A stretch of 15,046 nucleotides of DNA from Aquificaceae bacterium. GTDB lineage: Bacteria > Aquificota > Aquificia > Aquificales > Aquificaceae. The stretch covers positions 8,499 through 23,544 of the forward strand of contig JAXSMZ010000023.1 of the NCBI GenBank assembly GCA_037924335.1. The letters are read 5' to 3'. A program made the position numbers and the translations under genes. Positions within the stretch are counted from its first letter, which is position 1. The number at the start of each line of letters is the position of its first letter. This document shows, one piece after another, positions 1-6,521 of the stretch. The notes beneath the pieces were generated by a model. It was not told the DNA's origin. It saw only the letters and a list, made by a program, of their open reading frames with translations, and did not search any database.

Positions 1-106
1 TGGTTTTCAGAGCTACAAATAATTATAGACTGACATATGAACTTTGTCAAGTTTTTGCAATTCATCTCCACCCTATAGAGGATGGAGACTTCTTGCAAGA
101 TTTATG
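1..106 (-). mobile_element. Probable end (likely left end) of an IS200/IS605-family element; the body would lie left of the window
   Basis: Minus strand reads CAAGAAGTCTCCATCCTCTATAGGGTGGAGATGAATTG, an imperfect subterminal hairpin (TCTCCATCC/GGGTGGAGA, + coordinates 65-88) resembling IS200/IS605/IS1341-type ends. It lies 18 nt after TTTAA (107-111, minus strand), where the DUF2207 reading frame breaks off. No transposase is inside the window. Confidence 0.6.
22..50 (-). promoter_or_regulatory. Perfect-consensus sigma70 promoter firing leftward out of the window
   Basis: Minus strand TTGACA (50-45), 17 nt spacer, TATAAT (27-22). A TGACA-N9-TGTCA inverted repeat (31-49) overlaps it. Confidence 0.8.
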
Positions 107-603
107 TTAAAGTACCAGCTTCAAGAGGAGTTATACCTTTTGGTGGCTCATACTGGACCTGCACTATGCCCCTACCTCCTAAGTCTCTACCCTTTCTCCA
201 CCACATCCAAAGCAAGAATACAAAAAGAGAAAATATATATGCTCCAACGTAGACCCATGGATCCTCCCACCAGGAAGGTCCTGTTTCTATCTTCAACAAG
301 CCAGCAGGCCAACCAACGGCTATCGTCATCCCTTCATGGGGAGACAGAGGCCTCTTCAACACGAAAATCAGTTGGTTTGCCTCCCTGGAAATTTCACAAT
401 CCTTTCCCGTACTTCCAAAGGCACCTGTATAGCATGCGTACTGGAGAAATGGATTATCAAAAGAGAGATAAACCCTTGTGATACCCTCCTTAATTGTGAC
501 TGGCCACCCTGTTCCTATGGAGTTCCAATAAAGTTCGTCTATGTTACCAAGGTTATACAGAGCATAACAAAATCAGATATGGCGTTTTATCCCTCCTTTT
601 CAT
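102..603 (-). pseudogene. DUF2207-family membrane protein, truncated or decayed remnant
   Basis: Frame open from 572 to 102 encodes ...NLGNIDELYWNSIGTGWPVTI...YACYTGAFGSTG...LSPHEGMTIAVGWP, a TM helix, then WWRKGRD...VQYEPPKGITPLEAGTL. These are typical DUF2207 motifs. There is an in-frame TGA at 575-573. A signal-peptide-like start (ATG 603, MKRRDKTPYLILLCSV*) is out of frame, and the C-terminal part is missing. Confidence 0.75.
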
Positions 604-617
604 ATTTTATTATAGCG

Positions 618-646
618 TTGGCTACAAATGAGGTATAGGTTAAAAT
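618..646 (+). promoter_or_regulatory. Putative sigma70 promoter for lon
   Basis: TTGGCT (618-623), 17 nt spacer, TAAAAT (641-646), upstream of lon. Confidence 0.5.
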
Positions 647-686
647 AATAGTATGAAGAACTTCCCTTATTAAAAGGAGGATGCCG

Positions 687-3092
687 TTGATAGGAGAAGA
701 GTTTATAAAGATCCCAGAAATTCCAGATAGAGAGATCGAACTCCCCGTTATGCCTCTTAGAGACCTTGTAGTTTTTCCTACAATGGTCATACCCCTATTC
801 GTTGGTAGGAGTTTCTCCATAAAGGCTATAGAAGAGGCTCTAAGGAAGGATAGGCTCATATTCCTTATACTCCAAAAAGAAAGAGATATAGAAGAGCCAA
901 GCATAAATGACCTATTCAGCATAGGTGTTATAGCCCATGTAATAAGAACAGCACCCATAGAGGAGGGGAGGCTTAAGATACTCGTACAGGGGCTAAGAAG
1001 AGCGAGGATCAAAGAGTATAAAAAGTTGGAAGGATATTACTCATGCCTCGTTGACCCCATAAAGGATATTGAGATAAAACCGGAGGAAATCACAAAGGAT
1101 GATAAGGCATACATAAGCTCCCTTAAAGAACTGCTTGATAGAGCTGTGGCTCTTGGAAAGCAGATCATACCAGACATACTTATGCTGATAAAAGAACAAG
1201 AAGACATGGGTAAGCTATCGGACATAACGGCTTCCATACTTGACATAAAGTCCAAAGAGGCTCAATCTGTCCTAGAAACAACAGACCCAAGGGAAAGGTT
1301 AAGGTTGGTCCATCAGTATGCCCTTAACGAGGTGGGTCTTTTAGAAGTTCAGAACAAGATAAGGAGCATAGCAAGAGAAAGAATGGAGAGAGAGCAGAGA
1401 GAGTACTTCTTAAGGCAACAACTGAAAGCTATCCAAGAGGAGCTTGGAGAAATAGATGAAAAGAAAGCTGAAATTGAAGAGTACAGGAAGAAGCTTTCAA
1501 AGCTAAAGCTTGAAAAGGAGGTCAAGACAGAAATAGAAAAGCAGATAAACAGGCTTGAAAGGCTTCATCCAGACTCTGCCGAGGCTGGGGTGCTCAGAAC
1601 ATGGCTCGATTGGACATTAGACCTTCCTTGGAACACAAAAACGAGAGATAGGTATGATATAGAAAAAGCAAAAAAAATACTCGATAGAGACCACTACAAC
1701 CTTGAAAAGGTGAAGGAGAGGATCATAGAACACCTTGCCGTTAAGAAGCTCACAAAGGGGAAACCGTCTGCTGTCCAGATCTTATGCTTTGTTGGACCTC
1801 CTGGCGTTGGAAAAACATCCTTAGGAAAATCAATAGCCGAATCGTTGGGTAGAAAGTTTATAAGGATATCCTTAGGTGGAATAAGGGACGAAGCTGAGAT
1901 AAGAGGACACAGAAGGACATACGTAGGAGCCATGCCAGGAAGGATCATTCAGGCTGTAAAGCAGTCCGGAACTAAGAACCCTCTCATAGTGCTTGATGAA
2001 GTAGATAAGGTCTACGTATCCTTCCAAGGAGACCCAGCTGCAGCACTGCTGGAGGTTTTGGACCCAGAACAGAACAGGAGCTTTGTTGACCTATACATAG
2101 GGCTCCCCTTTGACCTTTCGGATGTTTTCTTTATATGCACTGCTAACCGTGTGGACACAATCCCAAGACCGCTTCTTGACAGGATGGAGGTGATAAACCT
2201 GACGGGATACTCGGAGGAGGAAAAGGTTTTTATAGTGAAAAATCACCTTCTTCCCAGGTTCCTCCCCCTCCATGGCTTTAAAGATGGAGAGGTGAATATA
2301 TCCGACGAGGCCATTTTGGAGATAATAAGAGGACACACAAGGGAATCTGGGGTTAGAAACCTACAGAGATACTTAGGCACAGTTCTTAGAAAGATAGCGC
2401 TAAAAAAACTGAGGGGTGAAAAGCCTCCTTTCAAGGTTGATGTCAACGATGTGAAGTCTTACCTTGGTGTTCCAAAAAGGTACCTGGAAAAGGAAGAGAA
2501 GCCTCTGATAGGTATAGCTGTAGGCCTTGCATGGACGGAGGTCGGTGGCGAGATAATGCTCATAGAAGCCACCAAGTTTAAAGGGAAAGGTGGGCTTTTG
2601 CTTACTGGTTCTTTGGGTGATATAATGAAGGAATCTGCTCAAGCTGCACTTTCTTACATAAAATCCAAATCGGAAGAGTACAGTATAAACCCAGAAGTTT
2701 TTTCCAACTACGACATACACATACATGTTCCAGAGGGTGCTGTTCCAAAAGATGGTCCATCTGCAGGCATAACCATAGCCACAGCTCTCATGTCTCTGTT
2801 CACAAACAGACCAGTTAGGATGGATGTAGCCATGACTGGGGAGGTAACCCTAAGGGGTAGAGTGCTTCCGGTGGGCGGTCTAAAGGAGAAGATCCTTGCG
2901 GCAAAAAGAGTAGGTATATACGATGTTGTACTACCAGAAAAGAACAAGGAGGAAGTTTTGGAGGACCTACCAGAGTATGTTAAGGACAAGATGACCTTTC
3001 ACTTTGTAAGTAAGCTTGAAGAAGTTTTTGAGATAGCCTTACTTTCTCAAGTACCATCAGAGAGTGTGTCCAGTTTACAGAGTTCAGTATGA
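687..3092 (+). CDS. lon: ATP-dependent Lon protease (endopeptidase La, LonA type)
   Basis: N-terminal LON domain ([13 protein letters not shown]), Walker A GPPGVGKT, Walker [22 protein letters not shown], catalytic PKDGPSAG Ser and GGLKEK Lys. SD AAGGAGG (674-680) directly abuts ATG 681, so TTG 687 (6 nt spacing) is the more plausible start; 681 is the alternative. Confidence 0.98.
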   Translation: MIGEEFIKIPEIPDREIELPVMPLRDLVVFPTMVIPLFVGRSFSIKAIEEALRKDRLIFLILQKERDIEEPSINDLFSIGVIAHVIRTAPIEEGRLKILVQGLRRARIKEYKKLEGYYSCLVDPIKDIEIKPEEITKDDKAYISSLKELLDRAVALGKQIIPDILMLIKEQEDMGKLSDITASILDIKSKEAQSVLETTDPRERLRLVHQYALNEVGLLEVQNKIRSIARERMEREQREYFLRQQLKAIQEELGEIDEKKAEIEEYRKKLSKLKLEKEVKTEIEKQINRLERLHPDSAEAGVLRTWLDWTLDLPWNTKTRDRYDIEKAKKILDRDHYNLEKVKERIIEHLAVKKLTKGKPSAVQILCFVGPPGVGKTSLGKSIAESLGRKFIRISLGGIRDEAEIRGHRRTYVGAMPGRIIQAVKQSGTKNPLIVLDEVDKVYVSFQGDPAAALLEVLDPEQNRSFVDLYIGLPFDLSDVFFICTANRVDTIPRPLLDRMEVINLTGYSEEEKVFIVKNHLLPRFLPLHGFKDGEVNISDEAILEIIRGHTRESGVRNLQRYLGTVLRKIALKKLRGEKPPFKVDVNDVKSYLGVPKRYLEKEEKPLIGIAVGLAWTEVGGEIMLIEATKFKGKGGLLLTGSLGDIMKESAQAALSYIKSKSEEYSINPEVFSNYDIHIHVPEGAVPKDGPSAGITIATALMSLFTNRPVRMDVAMTGEVTLRGRVLPVGGLKEKILAAKRVGIYDVVLPEKNKEEVLEDLPEYVKDKMTFHFVSKLEEVFEIALLSQVPSESVSSLQSSV

Positions 3093-3153
3093 TAAACCCT
3101 TAGCAACCGAGCAAAAAGGCAGTATATTTTAGATGAAAGAAGGAGCTAAAAAG

Positions 3154-3449
3154 ATGAGAACCGTAAGCAAAGAGGAGTTAAAGGAGCTTTACGATAAGGA
3201 TTTCCCCCTTTGGGTGGAGATCAATCTAGAGCTTCTCAAGGAAAAGGCTTATGACCTTGTAGACTGGGAGAATCTACTTGAGGAGATAGAGGATATGGGG
3301 CTTAGACACCTTGAAAGTTGTATAAGCTACTTGGATAATGATATAGAACTTTCTAAAAAGGAACTACCAATCACTAGCCCCTATACTATGAAGAAGCTAT
3401 GGAGAGAGACTTGAGAAAGGAATTAGAGAGAGGAACAGCGGACGGTTGA
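3154..3449 (+). pseudogene. DUF29-family protein, internally deleted and frameshifted
   Basis: LYDKDFPLWVEINLELLKEKAYDLVDWENLLEEIEDMG matches the DUF29 N-terminus; SD AGGAG 3141-3145 precedes ATG 3154. The central LxHLxKW-type region is absent. After ELPITSPYT the expected helical tail (YEEAMERDLRKELERG...TGA 3447-3449) continues in a different frame; the original frame stops at 3414. Confidence 0.7.
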
Positions 3450-3474
3450 TATTTTTTGCACAAAAACATATAAT
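3446..3474 (+). promoter_or_regulatory. Strong sigma70 promoter upstream of the rpsU leader
   Basis: TTGATA (3446-3451), 17 nt spacer, TATAAT (3469-3474). Predicted start of transcription about 3481. The spacer contains TTTTTG-CA-CAAAAA (3453-3466). Confidence 0.75.
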
Positions 3475-3480
3475 TATTTA

Positions 3481-3710
3481 TAGATCTGAGAGTGAGTCAG
3501 AGAGGGTAGTTTTGGTACCCTCGAGTTCTCAAGGTAGCAGTGCTTATTTACTGTCTCCTGAGATGTAGGGGAGACCAGATAAGGGTATTGACTCCTTTTT
3601 TGGAGCTATGGCTTTCCCAAATACCGCCTGCTGGGGAATGGGAAGCCTGAAATAGGCGGGATAAAAGTACCCCAGCCAAAGCCGTACATTTTTGTGTGGT
3701 TTTGTTGACT
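3481..3710 (+). ncRNA. Candidate structured RNA or long 5' leader of rpsU (family not recognised)
   Basis: About 240 nt between the promoter and the rpsU start, with many helices: GAGTCAG/TTGACTC (3494-3500/3588-3594), GAGGGTA/TACCCTC (3502-3508/3516-3522), GTCTCC/GGAGAC (3553-3558/3570-3575), TATGGCTTT/AAAGCCGTA (3607-3615/3678-3686), GCTGGGG/CCCCAGC (3630-3636/3670-3676), CCGCCTG/TAGGCGG (3624-3630/3653-3659). Confidence 0.5.
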
Positions 3711-3722
3711 AGGTGATTTATC

Positions 3723-3923
3723 TTGGCTATAGTTGAGGTTGCAGAGAACGAACCCTTTGAAAAGGCGTTTAAGAGGTTTAAGAGGGTGGTCGAAAGGGAA
3801 GGAATCCTCACAGAAGTTAAAAGAAGACAGTTTTATGAAAAGCCAAGCGAGAAAAAGAAGAGAAAAGAGAGAGCTTCAAGGAAGAGGCTTATAAAGGCAT
3901 TGAAGAAGAAGAATATGATCTGA
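3723..3923 (+). CDS. rpsU: 30S ribosomal protein S21
   Basis: 66 aa, MAIVEVAENEPFEKAFKRFKRVVEREGILTEVKRRQFYEKPSEKKKRK, the bS21 signature. TTG start with SD AGGTGA at 3711-3716. Confidence 0.97.
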   Translation: MAIVEVAENEPFEKAFKRFKRVVEREGILTEVKRRQFYEKPSEKKKRKERASRKRLIKALKKKNMI

Positions 3924-3939
3924 AGACTAGAGCCTCTGT

Positions 3940-4830
3940 ATGTTAAAGGTTCTTTTTTCCTTTCTTTTACTTTTATCCTCATGTGCACAAACTACTCTTT
4001 ACAGCAACAAGTGTTTTGAATACTTAAAGGCAAAGGAATACAAAAGAGCCATCGAGTCTGGGGAAAAGTCCTTGAACCTTTATCCGAGAAATACAGACCA
4101 GTACGTGTGTGTGAGCAACGCTTACCTACAAAGTGGAGACTTGGACAGTGCCATAGAGACTATGCTGCGTGCTGAAAAGTTCGCACCTTCCAATGAGGAC
4201 TTAGCAGTTATATACAATCGCTTGGGTTTTATGTATAGCCTGAAGGGTGATATTGAAAAGGCTATGGTATACCATAAGAAACATTTTGCCCTTAGCCACG
4301 AGCTTGGAGATAAAAAGGGGATGATTGTTTCTCTTATAAACATAGCAGACATTTACCAGAAGAAAGGTGATCTTGAGGAAGCGCTCTCTTATTATAAAAG
4401 TTCTTTGGAAGTCTCTGAGGAAAGCAAGGATTTGTCTTTTATACACGCAAGCATGGCAGACATCTACTCAAGGATGAAAAGATACAAAAATGCTGCCGAG
4501 CACTACGAGATATCTGTAGAATATGCAAAAAGGGCTGGAGATAAGCACCTGTACGCTAAGGCTTTGCTGAACTTAGGAGACACTTACAGAATTATGGGAG
4601 ACTTTAAAAAGTCTCTTGACTATCTGAATGAGGGGCTAATGGAGGCGAAAAATTTACAAGACAGAAGGGCTCAGGCATACGCTTACAGAACCCTTGGTTT
4701 TTTATACAAGGATAAGGGGGATAGGAATAGGGCCAAGTTTTATTTGGAGAAGGCTATTGGAATTTATGGAGAGCTTGGATTGAAAGAAGACGCTAAAGAG
4801 CTGAGCTATGAGCTCAGCAAGCTCAAATAG
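3940..4830 (+). CDS. Tetratricopeptide-repeat lipoprotein
   Basis: Lipoprotein-type signal peptide MLKVLFSFLLLLSS|C, followed by successive TPR units (e.g. AVIYNRLGFMYSLKGDIEKAMVYHKK, AKALLNLGDTYRIMGDFKKSLDYLNE). Confidence 0.88.
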   Translation: MLKVLFSFLLLLSSCAQTTLYSNKCFEYLKAKEYKRAIESGEKSLNLYPRNTDQYVCVSNAYLQSGDLDSAIETMLRAEKFAPSNEDLAVIYNRLGFMYSLKGDIEKAMVYHKKHFALSHELGDKKGMIVSLINIADIYQKKGDLEEALSYYKSSLEVSEESKDLSFIHASMADIYSRMKRYKNAAEHYEISVEYAKRAGDKHLYAKALLNLGDTYRIMGDFKKSLDYLNEGLMEAKNLQDRRAQAYAYRTLGFLYKDKGDRNRAKFYLEKAIGIYGELGLKEDAKELSYELSKLK

Positions 4831-5768
4831 AGAGGTCCTTCCTCTGTTATTATGGCTGTTATGTTCTCCGCTGGTGTTATATCAAAGGCCAAGTGAATGG
4901 CTGGAGAGCCGTCTGGAGCCAGCTTGCAGTTTTTGAAAGATTTTATCTCCTCCTGTGGCCTTTCTTCTATTATGATCTGGTCTCCACTCTCTGTATTTGG
5001 ATCAAAGGTTGACTTGGGAGCAACAACGTAGAAAGGTATTCGGTGAACCTTTGCAAGAACAGAAAGAGTATAAGTTCCTATTTTGTTTGCCACATCACCA
5101 CGCTTTGTTATCCTGTCTGCACCAACCAAAACAACGTCTATCATTCCATTTTTCATCAGATAGCCAGACGTCATATCTGTTATGAGCGTATGGGGTATAC
5201 CCTCCTTTAAAAGTTCCCATGCTGTTAGCCTCGAACCTTGCATGTAGGGTCTTGTCTCGTTGACGTACACATGCACCTTCTTACCAGAGTAAAAGGCAGA
5301 CCTTATAACTCCAAGAGCTGTTCCCCAGCCAGCCGTTGCAAGTGCTCCAGTGTTGCAGTGGGTTAAAATTTTAGCTCCATCTGGTATGAGCTTGGAGCCG
5401 ACTTCACCCATCCTTCTGTTTGCTTGGTAGTCTTCTTCCTCTATCTTTTTTGCCTCGCTTTGAATGTCCTTTCCAGCTTTGTAAGCATTCATCATCCTCT
5501 CAAGCGCCCAAAAGAGGTTGTAAGCAGTTGGTCTTGTTTTCCTTAGCTCTTCGTAAGCTTCCTCTGCCTTTCCTTCCTTGGCACCGAGCAAAAATCCGTA
5601 GGCTGCAACACAGCCTATAGCTGGTGCCCCTCTGACGGCCATGCTTTTTATAGCCTTCGCTACATCTTTGTAGCTGTTTAGCTTTAACCAAACCTCTTCC
5701 TCAGGAAGTTCCTTTTGGTCTAAAAGAAGAAGATGGTCTTCTCTCCAATGAAAAGCTTTCACTTCCAT
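4806..5768 (-). CDS. mtnA: S-methyl-5-thioribose-1-phosphate isomerase (methionine salvage; eIF2B-related family)
   Basis: Motifs LLDQKELP, MAVRGAPAIG, RPTAYNL, ILTHCNTGALATAGWGTALG, ETRPYMQGSRLTAWEL, GADRI...ANKIGTY, AFDITP. Confidence 0.96.
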   Translation of the reverse strand: MEVKAFHWREDHLLLLDQKELPEEEVWLKLNSYKDVAKAIKSMAVRGAPAIGCVAAYGFLLGAKEGKAEEAYEELRKTRPTAYNLFWALERMMNAYKAGKDIQSEAKKIEEEDYQANRRMGEVGSKLIPDGAKILTHCNTGALATAGWGTALGVIRSAFYSGKKVHVYVNETRPYMQGSRLTAWELLKEGIPHTLITDMTSGYLMKNGMIDVVLVGADRITKRGDVANKIGTYTLSVLAKVHRIPFYVVAPKSTFDPNTESGDQIIIEERPQEEIKSFKNCKLAPDGSPAIHLAFDITPAENITAIITEEGPLYLSLLSS

Positions 5769-6520
5769 AACTCACCCCCATGCTTTTCCTCAAGCTCCAG
5801 CTCCAAAAGAAAAAGGTACTTTAGGAATACATAAAGGAAAACAAAAAAAGCAACGAAAAAACCCCGCCACCCGTCCAAGAAACCAAGCTTTATTACGTAA
5901 ACCTTAAAGCTGTCCCAAAGAGGATTAAAAAGAAGGTTGTAAAATCTAAACCTTTTGCCTTTCCTTTTCATGCTAAGAGCCATTATCTTTGAGTATTTTA
6001 TGGTCTTTTCACTTTGATGGTATAGACTTTTAAAGGAGTAGTGGTTTAGAAAGCCCTTTAGTTTTCCAGCCTTGCCCGAGTATATGTAGCTTTCATGAAG
6101 CTCGCCCTCTATACGTACAAAACCCTTTTTGAAAAGCCTTACCCTCCATTCTGGTTGCCATGCATGCTTTAAAAAACTACCAAGGTAGTAGGTTCTTCTG
6201 TTAACCATATAAACGTTGTACAAGGAAGAATCAAGCGTCCGCCTTATCGATAACCTTAGCTCTTCCGAAAGCTCCTCATCCGCATCTACAACGAGTATCC
6301 AATCACCCTGACAGAGGCTTATACCATAGTTTAGCTGGTTGGAATAGCCTTCCCACTCTTTAAAGTACACCTTTGCACCGAGGGACTCTGCTATATCCAC
6401 AGTCCTATCTTTTGAACCGGAATCAACGACTATTATTTCATCGACCACATCCAAGAGACTTCTTATAGACCTTTCTATGTTCTCTTCTTCGTCCTTTGTA
6501 CGTATAACGGCAGAGAGCAT
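5759..6520 (-). CDS. Glycosyltransferase family 2 (WaaE/KdtX-like, LPS core beta-glucosyltransferase-like)
   Basis: LSAVIRTKDEEENI, EIIVVDSGSKDRT, DWILVVDADEE (DxD), LHE and C-terminal LGFLDGWRG. ATG 6520 preferred over TTG 6529, which is too close to SD GGAGGTG. Confidence 0.9.
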   Translation of the reverse strand: MLSAVIRTKDEEENIERSIRSLLDVVDEIIVVDSGSKDRTVDIAESLGAKVYFKEWEGYSNQLNYGISLCQGDWILVVDADEELSEELRLSIRRTLDSSLYNVYMVNRRTYYLGSFLKHAWQPEWRVRLFKKGFVRIEGELHESYIYSGKAGKLKGFLNHYSFKSLYHQSEKTIKYSKIMALSMKRKGKRFRFYNLLFNPLWDSFKVYVIKLGFLDGWRGFFVAFFVFLYVFLKYLFLLELELEEKHGGELWK

Positions 6521-6521
6521 A

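Noticed and set aside
12..629. GCTACAAAT direct repeat at 12-20 and 621-629 flanking the DUF2207 remnant
   Set aside because: One 9-mer repeat within about 700 AT-rich bp is expected by chance, and it does not coincide with the inferred element boundary.
44..638. Plus-strand ORFs 44..481 and 336..638
   Set aside because: They are antisense shadows of the DUF2207 remnant and IS end, with no recognisable motifs.
587..2989. Minus-strand ORFs within lon (587..1012, 1037..1255, 1694..1948, 2091..2336, 2243..2446, 2400..2726, 2708..2989)
   Set aside because: They are antisense to a well-supported gene and have the Ser/Phe/Leu-rich composition typical of shadow frames.
3100..3126. TTAGCAACC just after lon as a possible CIRCE (HrcA) site
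   Set aside because: Only a partial left half-site is present, with no GAGTGCTAA arm 9 nt downstream, and it lies downstream of lon.
3608..3655. 15-codon ORF MAFPNTACWGMGSLK* inside the rpsU leader
   Set aside because: GGAG is only 2 nt from the ATG, there is no attenuator-like codon bias, and the ORF lies within the most paired region.
3481..3710. Identification of the rpsU-upstream RNA as RNase P RNA, tmRNA, SRP RNA, or a TPP, cobalamin, FMN or T-box element
   Set aside because: Hallmark motifs (GAGGAAAGTCC, tRNA-like ends with a TTCRA loop, GGAAGGAAGCAG, riboswitch cores, T-box GGTGG-ACC) were not found on either strand by eye. An Rfam scan is still needed, including for 6S RNA.
3548..3811. 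87-aa minus-strand ORF overlapping rpsU and its leader
   Set aside because: It is antisense to rpsU and shows no recognisable homology.
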